NCBI GenBank assembly: GCA_958296135.2
Contig: CATQHZ020000001.1
Span: 3,936,001-4,000,000 of the forward strand
Reading direction: 5' to 3'
Source of the DNA: an uncultured Poribacteria bacterium
Lineage (GTDB): Bacteria; Poribacteria; WGA-4E; WGA-3G
DNA: 64,000 nt
A program made the translations under genes and the position numbers. Under the pieces are notes generated by a model. The model was not told the origin of the DNA and made no database searches. It saw only the letters and a program-made list of their open reading frames with translations. Positions 9,959 through 19,504 of this stretch are shown piece after piece (position 1 is the first letter of the stretch; every line of letters starts with the position of its first letter).

Positions 9959-10840
9959 CTAGCGGGTGAGCGCATACGCGACGACGTTCATTCCCTGCTT
10001 AAATGCCCAGACCCGCTGTTCTTCGCCGCCGGGACTGCACGGACGCCCTTCCCAAGCGCAGTTGAGATCGCTCGGACAAAAGTAGACCAGCAGCCGGTCA
10101 TCGTCCATGATAGCCTCGTCAGCGTCGCAGACACCGGGAATCAGTTTATCGCCGCCCATATATTCATCATGCTGATAGAGCGTGTGGTAAATTGGATGGC
10201 TCATGTCCAGCGTCTCGAACTGCTTTTCGGGGTAGACCTGGCGCATCATCTCGTAGATATACGGCCGCAAACCGCCCCTGCCGCCATTAAGGCGTGCGTC
10301 GCAATCTTCAACGTGAAGGAAGCCGCCGCGTTCAAGATACTCACGCAGCTTCCGCACCTGCTCCGTTGACAGCCGAATCCCGCGGTGTCCCGTCATAAAG
10401 AGATACGGATAGGCAAACAGCCCAACATCATCGATGTCAACATACTGCGGATTTTCACGAACCTCCACGTCAATCGAAGTATTCGCGGCAAGCACTTCCG
10501 AAAACTTCAGGTCGGACTGCCAATAGTAATAGTTAAGGATGTTCGTATACCAGTCGCCGCCCGGGTATTTGAGGCGCACGAAGGTGAACTTCTCCCCGGT
10601 CGGATTCATCTCCGGATAGTGGTGTTCCACGATGCCGGGCCGGGAGTAACTAGTGCCATAGTGGAGGTCGCGGGCGGCATCGTAAGGGATGTACTCGCGG
10701 AAGCCGAATTGTGCTTCCGCTGTCTGGAGCAAACTTCCTCCGGTGATGGCAGAAGCAGCGATGCCAGCGGCACCTTTGATAAAGGAACGCCTTGACAGCG
10801 GCCGCGTCTTCTCTTCAGTTGGTTTCCAGTTGATTAACAT
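9959..10840 (-). CDS. DUF4159 domain protein with Tat signal peptide
   Basis: SRRSFIK twin-arginine motif; YPYLFMTGH, LREYLERGGFLHVEDC, HPIY, DLNCAWE, GMNVVAYALT. Confidence 0.8.
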   Translation of the reverse strand: MLINWKPTEEKTRPLSRRSFIKGAAGIAASAITGGSLLQTAEAQFGFREYIPYDAARDLHYGTSYSRPGIVEHHYPEMNPTGEKFTFVRLKYPGGDWYTNILNYYYWQSDLKFSEVLAANTSIDVEVRENPQYVDIDDVGLFAYPYLFMTGHRGIRLSTEQVRKLREYLERGGFLHVEDCDARLNGGRGGLRPYIYEMMRQVYPEKQFETLDMSHPIYHTLYQHDEYMGGDKLIPGVCDADEAIMDDDRLLVYFCPSDLNCAWEGRPCSPGGEEQRVWAFKQGMNVVAYALTR

Positions 10841-10866
10841 TGCGTTTCCTCCTTTAACGTATCTGA

Positions 10867-11505
10867 ACCGTCGCGCGCAGCGCGATTGCTACCCCCTGCC
10901 GTAGCGCGAGGGCCTGTCCCTCGCAATCGCTACTTCTTGAACCGTAGGGCGAGGACCTGTCACCCGCAATCGCCCTTCTTGAACCGTAGCGCGAGGGCCG
11001 TCACGCCGAAACTTTGTCATCTCTGCAGCCTCGCTGCAGAGATGTCCACTGTCCCTCGCGATCGCCCCGCCCTACCGTAACACGAGGGAAAACTCGCGAT
11101 CTCCCCGCCTTACTGACGCACGATGACCTGTCACCCGCAATCGCCCCTTCTTGAACCGTAGCGCGATGACCTGTCACCCGCGATCGCCCCTTCTTGAACC
11201 GTAGCGCGAGGGCCGTCACGCCGAAACTTTGTCATCTCTGCAGCCTCGCTGCAGAGATGTCCACTGTCCCTCGCGATCGCCCCGCTCTACCGTAACACGA
11301 GGACCTGTCACAATCGCCCCTTCTTGAACCGTAGCGCGAGGACGTGTCCCTCGCGATCGCCCCGTAGTACCCGACGCATGGCGAGGGACAGGCCCGCGCC
11401 CTACGGGACGCGGCGCGAATCTGGGCACGGTGAGGAACACACCCGCGCCCTACGGGACGCGGGACGAATCTGGGCACGGCGAGGAATACACCCGCGCCCT
11501 ACGGG
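10867..11505. repeat. Tandem REP/BIME-like array
   Basis: About 10-11 direct copies of CCGTAGCGCGAGG(G/A)CCTGTC(C/A)C(T/C)CGC with TCGCCCCTTCTTGAA-type linkers (~42 bp period), then three inverted copies (...CCCGCGCCCTACGGG, ~49 bp period). Confidence 0.85.
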
Positions 11506-11522
11506 ACACCGGGGGTTTCCAT

Positions 11523-13157
11523 CTAATACGGGTTTCCGAGGAGCACAAACGTGACGCTTTGCGCTGCTGCCCCTTGCATCTTTGTGGCACTCTGGCTGCT
11601 TGCAACTGCACGGATACGGTGTTTCGCGATGCCGAGGTCCCGGAGGAATTGCGCCGCCGCTGCCGCACGCTGCGCCGCCAATCTCCGATTTGCCGCCGGA
11701 TCCCCCGCCTGCCGCGTGTGCCCCACCACGCGAAGATAATACTGTGGGAACGATTTCAGGTCGGCGGCGAGCTGCCGCAGCGCGCGCTCGCTATTCCGAA
11801 GAATCCGCGCATTGCCCCTTCCAAATTGGATAGGCTCTATCTTCATCGCCGCGACCGGCGCTAGCGTATCCCAATTCGCAGTTGACAACGGATTCAACGT
11901 TTCCTCTCCACGCACCTCTTCCGCTACCGGGGTGTTGCCGATGACAATATCGTCTAAGCCCCCACCCGTGTTTGATGTCAAAACACCGGGATGGAAGTTA
12001 TCGTGGTGTAACGAACGCAAAATGCCCTCGTAATAAAGCGAACCGTAATCTCCTGAAACCGGGTCTGCAGGGATAGAATGGGTGCTGACTAGCACCTGCA
12101 TAATCTTCCCTATCATCGCTTCAAGCCGGTCTGTCCCTCTCGCCGCCTGCCCGGAAATCACGCCGAAATGCGCATAGTTCTCCATCGTGTTCCGCCACTC
12201 AATGCCTTCAACCAGTTTAAGCGTCTCAGCCCGGTTCAGGGCATCGCCATACTGCTTCGCATCCTCCTGAATTAAGGACAGCAATCTCTCATTTACCGGA
12301 GACGTGCTTTGCACCCGCGCGCTACCAGCCTGATTGTGATAATCGTAGTTTGCGCGCAGATACGCCTGAACGACGTGCGTGACGAGCTCCGAGTTCGCGC
12401 TCAAAAATTCGCGCTGAACCACAAGCACATCAACGATGTAGCCTTTGAGTTTGGAACTATCCAGCAACAAATGCACCCCATCAATCGCTAATGCCTTCGT
12501 CACATAAGGTTCCCAAACGACATAAGCGCGCGGTTCATCCGGATCCGCGGATTTGAGTCGCTTATAGACAGCCTTGGCACCGTTTGCTTCCACTGCCCAA
12601 GCAGCAGGAAGACTCGGCAGGCTCATCTTGTTAATCATAATCCGCGCCAGCGTTTCGCTCGGCGAATCCGGCGTGATGACGATGCGCGCCCGCGGATGAC
12701 TCAAACTCGGAATCTGGGGCACACCACGCTGATACGCCACAATCGCATCCGCACCTTTGGATTCATCAATAACCAAGACAATCGAACCCGGAAACTCGCC
12801 GATAGCACTGCCAGCCTTGAGGTAAGCGTCAATAGTAAACACTGCCATCTGATGCTTGCCGCTTTTCAGCGCGCGCATCCTGCCGATGTAATCCGCTTTA
12901 TCGTCAACGAAGGTAAGTTTTATCCCCTGCCGGTCCAGCAGATTTTTCACAGCAAGCGAACGGAGAATTGCATACCCCGGAAACGAGTCGTGTGCGACCT
13001 TAATCTCGTGCGCATAACGCTGCGTACTCGTCTGCTTGACAAGGTCGCCGCGCAGCCGCGGCTCAACGACAAACTTATAGACGAGCCCGATTATCCCAAT
13101 GAGTATCAGCCAACTCGCCACCATGATGATCTTGCTTCTTTTCCCATCAGCGTCCAT
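11523..13157 (-). CDS. Membrane-anchored NMT1/THI5-like solute-binding domain fused to C-terminal OmpA peptidoglycan-binding domain
   Basis: N-terminal TM; DESKGADAIVA, VWEPYV, IVDVLVV; C-terminal IQFGRG...VVGHT...NRRLAAQRAAAAAQFL. Confidence 0.75.
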   Translation of the reverse strand: MDADGKRSKIIMVASWLILIGIIGLVYKFVVEPRLRGDLVKQTSTQRYAHEIKVAHDSFPGYAILRSLAVKNLLDRQGIKLTFVDDKADYIGRMRALKSGKHQMAVFTIDAYLKAGSAIGEFPGSIVLVIDESKGADAIVAYQRGVPQIPSLSHPRARIVITPDSPSETLARIMINKMSLPSLPAAWAVEANGAKAVYKRLKSADPDEPRAYVVWEPYVTKALAIDGVHLLLDSSKLKGYIVDVLVVQREFLSANSELVTHVVQAYLRANYDYHNQAGSARVQSTSPVNERLLSLIQEDAKQYGDALNRAETLKLVEGIEWRNTMENYAHFGVISGQAARGTDRLEAMIGKIMQVLVSTHSIPADPVSGDYGSLYYEGILRSLHHDNFHPGVLTSNTGGGLDDIVIGNTPVAEEVRGEETLNPLSTANWDTLAPVAAMKIEPIQFGRGNARILRNSERALRQLAADLKSFPQYYLRVVGHTRQAGDPAANRRLAAQRAAAAAQFLRDLGIAKHRIRAVASSQSATKMQGAAAQSVTFVLLGNPY

Positions 13158-13238
13158 AATGTTTAGAACCCTGTCTCATCGCCTTTGAAGTTCACGGATG
13201 TCGAGACAAGGGGGGTTCCTCCTACCGAAGAGCGCAAC

Positions 13239-14144
13239 TCATCTCTTCCTTCGTAAAATGAAAAATGCGATAACCGCGACGGTAAGAACCGGCATCCACA
13301 GGAAATTACCGATTCGGTTGCGGCGCGGCTTTCGGGCCTGCTGAGCCGGTGCCGCGGGTTGCGCCGGCGGCGGTTCAACCGGCCGTTCCGTAATTGCCGC
13401 ATTGCTCGGCGGCATCGTGAGCCGCTGAATTAAGTCCAAGGCGAGCTCGGAGGTAAGCGGCGCGATGTCTTCAAACACTTCCTCGCTACTGATATCCGTG
13501 CCCGTATCGTCGGTAGTCTCGGCGAGAATCTGCGACACCGCCGCTACCAATTCGCCGGGGTTGTCCGCTCGCCGATAACTATCCACCATGTTGGCCAACA
13601 TGTGCTCCTGCTTCATATCCACGCCGATGACATCGATGCGAATCTGCCGGTTGATGACTTCCGGCGTATACAACCGGACCTTGCGCGCGTCCGATGCCTC
13701 GCCATCTGTCACAACTAACAGCCGATAACTCCCGTAGTTATACTGCTTCTCCCGCTGCGCCACAAGGCGATTCGCACCCAAACGGATATACTTTCCGAGC
13801 GGCGTACCGCCACTCGGCCGGGGTAAGTCAATAGCAGCCATCAGTCTCGGCATGTCAATCGGACCCAACGGATACACCCAATCGTTTGGGATGTTTGCAC
13901 CGCTGAAAACCAGCAAGCCGATATGCGTATCTGCCGGGACTTTCGCCAGAACCTCCCGCAGTGCCGCCTTTGCCGCGTCCATCTTCGTCAACGTCCGGTC
14001 GCTGCTAAATCTGTCTTTCATGGAGCCGGAGGCATCCAAGATGACGACGATATTATCCGAGTGGAGCGTATCATCGGCACGGCTCATCTGAACGAAAATA
14101 AACACGCTCAGGACGAGCAGCCACCCTATATTTCGCTGTTTCAT
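13239..14144 (-). CDS. Secreted von Willebrand factor A (vWA) domain protein with C-terminal membrane anchor
   Basis: ILDASGSM MIDAS, GGTPLG, VVTDGEA; Pro-rich linker, TM helix and RRKR tail. Confidence 0.85.
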   Translation of the reverse strand: MKQRNIGWLLVLSVFIFVQMSRADDTLHSDNIVVILDASGSMKDRFSSDRTLTKMDAAKAALREVLAKVPADTHIGLLVFSGANIPNDWVYPLGPIDMPRLMAAIDLPRPSGGTPLGKYIRLGANRLVAQREKQYNYGSYRLLVVTDGEASDARKVRLYTPEVINRQIRIDVIGVDMKQEHMLANMVDSYRRADNPGELVAAVSQILAETTDDTGTDISSEEVFEDIAPLTSELALDLIQRLTMPPSNAAITERPVEPPPAQPAAPAQQARKPRRNRIGNFLWMPVLTVAVIAFFILRRKR

Positions 14145-14201
14145 ATCTGTTGCCTATGGACGGAAACCATAGAAATCCGCCCAGACCCACTAGCATATTC
14201 A

Positions 14202-16100
14202 TCAAAAATCGAAATCTGAGACAGCAACTGCCTCCGCCGATACCTTAATCAAGGCGAATTCAACACGGCGGTTTTCTGCCGCTTCCTCAGGGCTCGTCGG
14301 TTTGGCGATGACAGGTTCCTTAATCCCAACTCCTACCGGCACAATCTGGTCTGCATCGATGCGTGCATTTTTGCGGCGCGCGTAATCAAGGATTGCCCGT
14401 TTCACCGACTCCCCGCGCTTCTCGGAAAGTGCAAGTGCCGCTTTCATCACCTGATACGGACTTTCAACCGAACTTGCATCGTCAAACCTTTTTTGCTCAA
14501 TCAGGCGAATTAAGGCCGCGGTATCCTCAAGGCTAAACGGTTTCCCGTTCATAAAGTATTTGTAACTCCCGCGCTTGCCGGTGCGTTTCAAAACTCCGCT
14601 TTGAAGCCCAGTTTTCACCATCACGCTGAGCGTTCGAGACGGGTCGCTGTGCCCCTTGATAGCAACGGCGGCGTTGCCGTATTTGGAGGCGAGCTCTACC
14701 ACCCGGTCAAACTCAGCACTGTACTCGGTGTCGCTGAAGGTATCCTGATTCGCCTTGAATTGAATGGTGAAAGAAATGAGCGTCTTTTCGTCTAGCACCG
14801 CGTCTTCGTTAAACGTCTCGATCTCGGCGCGCACCACCTCTTTTTTGAACCGCTGCTGCTTGAGCTGCGCCGGGGCATCGACGGTTGTCGCGAGCAACTC
14901 CTTAAACATCGGGGCGTTAAAATTCAAATCGGAGGGGATGAGCGCATAGCGTTGCTTCGCGAACCCCCAACTGACTGCCATGTCCAACCCCGCTTTGTTG
15001 AATCCCTCAAAGCCCGTGATGGTATTGCTCGGGTCGTTGAAGAAAGCGATGTTGCCGGGTTGCCCGACGAACGTGCAATCCGCGATGAGCCCGTGCGCGT
15101 CCTCCTCCAGCGTCGGCAGCACCTCTCTGCCGTAGATAGTCTGCATCATCGTCAGCAGCGTGATGTATTTCGCGGAGCCGCTCGATTCGTACGCCTTTTT
15201 CAGGGCGACTACCTCCTCCGCGCCTTTGAGGTAACCGGCGAAAAACCGCTCAACAAAAGGCTTATAGGCATCGTAGAAATCTTTGCGGCACGCATAGACA
15301 TCGGCGATGGAGCGAGAGAGGGTGGCCGTGCTGACGACGACGTGCGCGCCTTTCACCGTGCCCTCCGCACCCGTCCCCGTATTCTCAGCACCGCCTGTCA
15401 ACCCCAGCATGTCCGGCGTGATGACAAAACAGCCGGCGATAGACGCGTCATTGCGGAAACGTTCCGCCGGCCCCTTCGCACCGGTGAGTTCATCTACCCA
15501 AACAAGCTGCACATTTGCTTTTGTGAGCCGCGCGGTTCTCAACATATCGTAGAGCATACCGACGTGCGGCCCGCCGTTTTGGATGGCAATCTTTTTACCG
15601 TTCAAGTCAGAAATCTTTCGGATGTTCGCGCGTCCGACAAAATGGTCTCCTGCAGACCAGGTGAGTTGTCCAAACACAACCGGTTTTGTGCGCGCATCGC
15701 GCCCGACAGCTTCGCTTGCCTGCGCTATCATCCTAAATGTACCGCGCAAAAAGGGCGACTTGCCAGAGAGGTAATCGCGCACCTGCTGCTCGAAATCGTC
15801 ACCCGGCACCAGCTTCAGGTTCATGCCTATCTCCTCCATGATGGTGCCCGGCTGCGTCGTGAGCCCACCGTTGGCATGGAAGAGCGCGGCTTCGCCGCCC
15901 CAAGTAATGTAGGGCACGACAAGCGGTGCTATCGCTGTCACCTCTTTGACGGTAACAGGGCCGACTGCATCGGCGAAGCGTTGCTGCGCGTCCGCTCGCG
16001 GCACAAGAAAAAGGATGAACAGGCAGACAACATACGGTGTAGCGCGCTTACAAAGCGCGCCTACCGATGTAGGTGTAACTAGCGTGGCTTTGCTTTTCAT
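14202..16100 (-). CDS. Secreted NMT1/THI5-like solute-binding protein fused to OmpA domain
   Basis: ITWGG, QLTWSAGDH, IADVYACRKDF; C-terminal IKGHSD...LSEKRGESV...NRRVEF. Confidence 0.75.
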   Translation of the reverse strand: MKSKATLVTPTSVGALCKRATPYVVCLFILFLVPRADAQQRFADAVGPVTVKEVTAIAPLVVPYITWGGEAALFHANGGLTTQPGTIMEEIGMNLKLVPGDDFEQQVRDYLSGKSPFLRGTFRMIAQASEAVGRDARTKPVVFGQLTWSAGDHFVGRANIRKISDLNGKKIAIQNGGPHVGMLYDMLRTARLTKANVQLVWVDELTGAKGPAERFRNDASIAGCFVITPDMLGLTGGAENTGTGAEGTVKGAHVVVSTATLSRSIADVYACRKDFYDAYKPFVERFFAGYLKGAEEVVALKKAYESSGSAKYITLLTMMQTIYGREVLPTLEEDAHGLIADCTFVGQPGNIAFFNDPSNTITGFEGFNKAGLDMAVSWGFAKQRYALIPSDLNFNAPMFKELLATTVDAPAQLKQQRFKKEVVRAEIETFNEDAVLDEKTLISFTIQFKANQDTFSDTEYSAEFDRVVELASKYGNAAVAIKGHSDPSRTLSVMVKTGLQSGVLKRTGKRGSYKYFMNGKPFSLEDTAALIRLIEQKRFDDASSVESPYQVMKAALALSEKRGESVKRAILDYARRKNARIDADQIVPVGVGIKEPVIAKPTSPEEAAENRRVEFALIKVSAEAVAVSDFDF

Positions 16101-16177
16101 ATCTATTTGCTCCTCGTTGGAGTGAGTGTATTTTTTATTTTAACATAACCTCTTTAAAAATGTCCAGTTAATTTTTT
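16056..16177. repeat. 122-bp direct repeat, copy 1 (promoter, RBS and first codons of the SBP-OmpA gene)
   Basis: Matches 20265-20386 with only a few substitutions (offset 4209). Confidence 0.9.
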
Positions 16178-16202
16178 GTACCACAGTGATACCACCCACA
16201 CG

Positions 16203-17456
16203 CTAAAGATAGCTCTTCCGCGGGATGCCGTGACGTTCCAATTTGTTGTAAAAAGTCCGTTCCTTCAACCCCAACGCCTTCGCGGCGTGGGCGCAATTCT
16301 GGTCACACCGCGCGAGCGCGTCCTCAATACACGCCTTCTCTATCGCTTTCAACGCTTCCGGTAGCGGTGTTTGGAGAGGGACTTTCACGGTGTGGGCAGC
16401 CTCGCGTTTCAAGGCTTCTTGGGGAAAGTCCACTTGCTGCACTTCAGGACCCTCAAAGTGTTTCGGGAGGTGCTCCGGTAGGATCGGACTACCTTTGGCA
16501 AAAATGGCCGCGTAGTCCATCGCATGTTGTAATTCGCGGATATTTCCGGGCCAGTCATAGGTTTGGAGGAATGCAAGGACTTCCGGACTCAGTAGGCTGT
16601 GCGGGAATCCTTCACTCTCACACGCGAACCTCAAAAAGTGTTCCGCCAACAGACAGATATCCTCACGCCGCTCACGCAACGGCGGCACCTCAATCATAAC
16701 AGTGTTCAAGCGTTGATAGAGGTCTTGGCGAAACCTGCCTGCCTCAATTTCGGCCGGCAAATAGCGGTTGGTAGCCGCCACAATCCGGACGTTCACATGA
16801 ATCTGTTTGGTGCCGCCGAGGTGCCGAAACTCTCTTTCTTGGAGCACGCGTAACAAGACCGCTTGAGCCTCTAGCGGCAGTTCTCCGATTTCATCGAAAA
16901 AGAGCGTGCTTCCATCAGCCTCTTCAAACAGCCCTTTTTTCTCCTGATATGCATCGGTAAACGCGCCCTTCTCATGTCCAAAGAGTTCACTCACAGCCAT
17001 GGCGGACGAAAGGGAAGCGCAGTCAACAGGAACCATGTCTTTCTCGCGCGATTTTCCGTTGAGGTGCAAAGCGCGCGCAACGCCCTCCTTGCCCGTCCCT
17101 GTCTCCCCCAAAATCAGCACCGTTGCATTCGTTGGGGCAACGGCCTCAATGAACTTCAGCATCTTGAACACCTGAGGACCCTCGCCAACGATGCCTACAT
17201 AATTCCCTTTCAAGTCCGAGCGGGTGCGCGGCACCGGTTCCATCAAGCCACTTGCCTGATGCTCGGCCCGCGTATCCACCGTTCTCGCCGCAGGAATTGC
17301 ATGCCGGATGTGGTAAACTGCATCACCATCCGCGCGCGCCAGCGCAGGCACTAACGGAGATACTTTGTAACTGTGACGTTCAAGAAGGGTGCGGACATTC
17401 GCCGCCTCGGACGCATCCTCGATGATGAAAACGTGTTTTCCGTTTCTACTTTCCAT
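16203..17456 (-). CDS. Sigma-54-dependent Fis-family transcriptional activator (AAA+), degenerate N-terminal receiver
   Basis: GETGTGKE, SELFGHEKGAFTDA, FFDEIGEL, AATNR, FRQDLYQRL, WPGNIREL, C-terminal HTH; start after AAGGAG. Confidence 0.9.
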   Translation of the reverse strand: MESRNGKHVFIIEDASEAANVRTLLERHSYKVSPLVPALARADGDAVYHIRHAIPAARTVDTRAEHQASGLMEPVPRTRSDLKGNYVGIVGEGPQVFKMLKFIEAVAPTNATVLILGETGTGKEGVARALHLNGKSREKDMVPVDCASLSSAMAVSELFGHEKGAFTDAYQEKKGLFEEADGSTLFFDEIGELPLEAQAVLLRVLQEREFRHLGGTKQIHVNVRIVAATNRYLPAEIEAGRFRQDLYQRLNTVMIEVPPLRERREDICLLAEHFLRFACESEGFPHSLLSPEVLAFLQTYDWPGNIRELQHAMDYAAIFAKGSPILPEHLPKHFEGPEVQQVDFPQEALKREAAHTVKVPLQTPLPEALKAIEKACIEDALARCDQNCAHAAKALGLKERTFYNKLERHGIPRKSYL

Positions 17457-17484
17457 CCCGTTTCTCCTTTCGTAGGATATGGAA

Positions 17485-17513
17485 AGCATAACCGATTTTT
17501 CAAAAGAAGTCAA
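17485..17513 (-). promoter_or_regulatory. Sigma70-like promoter of the activator gene
   Basis: TTGACT-N17-TATGCT on the minus strand. Confidence 0.55.
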
Positions 17514-17613
17514 GAAAAATTTGCGAAGAGGAGTTTCTAGGCAGAAAGGTAAAGCAACTATGCCCAATTCACCTTTGAGAACTCGGTGGCACGTTTCAAC
17601 TTGCACGAAACCA

Positions 17614-17653
17614 GAAAACCCGCGGCACCAACTATTTGATGCGGCGGGTTTTC
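17614..17653. terminator. Hairpin, probable intrinsic terminator downstream of the 19.9-17.8 kb cassette
   Basis: GAAAACCCGCGGCA..TGCGGCGGGTTTTC imperfect inverted repeat. Confidence 0.45.
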
Positions 17654-17792
17654 CTGATAACCGAATTAAACAACACGCGGTTTCACTCGTTGTTACCCTG
17701 CGTGTTGTTTCGGATACCGCGCCGGGCGCGCGGTGGGTTAAACGGGAATCTGCATTACTGCCTTTCGTGCCCTACGAACTTCAATGCGTTTG

Positions 17793-18071
17793 CTATCTAA
17801 CCGCTGTTGTCTCAGCTTGTCTTGCGGCTCGCTTACGTTCACGCGCCTCTCGGATGAGTTTTTGGATACGCGCTTTTTGCTCAGCACAACATCCGCAGGA
17901 TTTCTTCGTTACTGAAGAAGTAGGTGCCACTTCAGGTATGACTGGATTCACGGGTGCCTGTCGGTGAGGCGTATGCATCGGGAGAGTCCCCGTGGCGTAA
18001 GCGACAAACACGGCGAGAATTGCCAGGAGCGCGAGCGTGGCAATGCCATCCAGAAAACGGATATCTTTCAT
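17793..18071 (-). CDS. Small membrane-anchored hypothetical protein with CGCC motif
   Basis: N-terminal TM, KKSCGCCAE, basic helical tail; abuts the upstream gene's stop. Confidence 0.65.
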   Translation of the reverse strand: MKDIRFLDGIATLALLAILAVFVAYATGTLPMHTPHRQAPVNPVIPEVAPTSSVTKKSCGCCAEQKARIQKLIREARERKRAARQAETTAVR

Positions 18072-19403
18072 TTACCTTTCCTCCTGTTGTCTCCGAAGGA
18101 ACCGTGTGACATGCTCAGCGACTTCCGGATCTGACGCTTGTAAACGACGGAGCCCTTCTTCAGCACCATAGCGATTCAAAGTTTGCACCGCACGGTTGAA
18201 ACGCTCGGGCGAAAAGCGCTCGCGAAGCGAGATTTTAAAGCCTTCTTCAGTGGAAAAATCTGGTTGATCAGATTCCCCAGCGGTAACCCGATCTTCAAGT
18301 TCTGCCTCAACAGCGTCGGCGTTTGGCGAAAACTGTCGACTCAATTCAGCCTCAATTTCCGCGTCGCTCATTTCCAAGAACCGATCTAGAGGAATACCTA
18401 TGGATTGCTCGAAGAACCTGTGCATTTCTTCCCACTCGGCATCGTCCAAATCTCTCATTTCGTCCAACAAGTCCGGCCTTGATGCAAGATCTGCTTCAGG
18501 CATTATTGGCTCCGGAGATTCCTGAGAGGATTCAATTGAAGCCCTATCTGACGCTGCATCGGTTGGCTCGGGTTGTTGAAGTGGGGATATTTTCTCTCCA
18601 TCCGCGTTGAGATAAACATCCTCGTATTGGACAGAAACCCGTAATTCCTCGTATTCTGGCGGTGGAGGTTGTGAATCCCAGAGCGGTGTCCTATCCAACG
18701 CCGCCAGATATGCCTGGATAGCCGCTCCAATCTCCGGATTTACGGCATGTGACGATGTTCCAACCCGCAGATCCTCGACAGTTCCATCAGCATGATGGGT
18801 CCGCTGTCTATAGACTGTCAGCATATTGGGATAGAGTTTTGTATACTCACCGGTGATCCGATTTTTCTCTAATCCGATCATGTCGGGATCGGTCTTCATG
18901 AGTTCCTCCGCCATCTCTTGCAACTGAGCTGCATCGCGCTCATGATACAGCAGAAAATAGCGGCGATGTTTCAGGACCGCGAGGATTGCGTCTTTGGCAC
19001 CGCGTGACCGATCCGATGCCTCGACTTCCTCAATAGCCGCGTTGATTTTGTCAAGTTCCTTCTGCCCCTCTTCCTGGTCGGGATGCGAATGCTCAACCTC
19101 ATACGGATACTCTGTGACAAGCTCTGGGTTTTCACGCTGTAAGTCCCGAAGATGCGTTCCCATCAAGTCAAGTTGTTCTTGAGAAAGAGGATTCTGTTTC
19201 TCAAGTTCGATGATGGCGAACGTCGTATCGAAATAAACCTGTTTTTCTTCGGGAGTCAGTTTTCCCGAAAGAGAACGCAGTTTATTGATGTGTATCTGGA
19301 CTTCATCCTGGCCAAGTTGATGCCGGTCGCGAAGGAAAAATATCGCGCAGCCAAGCATCATAATGCACAACACGCCTACTGTGACGATTCTCTTATTTAA
19401 CAC
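18072..19403 (-). CDS. Membrane-anchored acidic helical hypothetical protein
   Basis: GTG start after GGAGG; N-terminal TM; C-terminal LRERFSPERFNRAVQTLNRYGAEEGLRRLQASDPEVA. Confidence 0.7.
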   Translation of the reverse strand: MLNKRIVTVGVLCIMMLGCAIFFLRDRHQLGQDEVQIHINKLRSLSGKLTPEEKQVYFDTTFAIIELEKQNPLSQEQLDLMGTHLRDLQRENPELVTEYPYEVEHSHPDQEEGQKELDKINAAIEEVEASDRSRGAKDAILAVLKHRRYFLLYHERDAAQLQEMAEELMKTDPDMIGLEKNRITGEYTKLYPNMLTVYRQRTHHADGTVEDLRVGTSSHAVNPEIGAAIQAYLAALDRTPLWDSQPPPPEYEELRVSVQYEDVYLNADGEKISPLQQPEPTDAASDRASIESSQESPEPIMPEADLASRPDLLDEMRDLDDAEWEEMHRFFEQSIGIPLDRFLEMSDAEIEAELSRQFSPNADAVEAELEDRVTAGESDQPDFSTEEGFKISLRERFSPERFNRAVQTLNRYGAEEGLRRLQASDPEVAEHVTRFLRRQQEER

Positions 19404-19504
19404 GGTTCTATCCTCCCGTAATAAGATTCCCGGGGGGTAAACCCCTGTCAGTTTTCGCGGGGATGACAAAGACTGACAGGGGTTCGTGAGGAGCCTGACG
19501 CACC

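Noticed and set aside
10867-11505. CRISPR array
   Set aside because: Linkers between repeats are themselves repeated rather than unique spacers, units are degenerate and switch orientation, and there are no cas genes. It fits a REP/BIME cluster.
11837-11849. 12-nt match (GCGATGAAGATA, minus strand) to the predicted TnpB guide
   Set aside because: Short enough to occur by chance in 128 kb of both strands, does not include the guide's first bases, and the TAM is unknown.
10886-11864. Short ORFs over the repeat array (e.g. 11001-11219, 11216-11440)
   Set aside because: They are translations of REP repeats or antisense to the OmpA gene; no RBS or protein-like features.
14952-16082. Long antisense ORFs (14952-16082 +, 5205-6452 -, 27635-28582 -, 31242-32075 -)
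   Set aside because: Shadows of well-supported genes on the opposite strand in GC-rich DNA; no motifs.
17587-17605. TGGCACGTTTCAACTTGCA as sigma-54 promoter
   Set aside because: GG-to-GC spacing is 13 nt instead of the required 10, and it faces no plus-strand gene.
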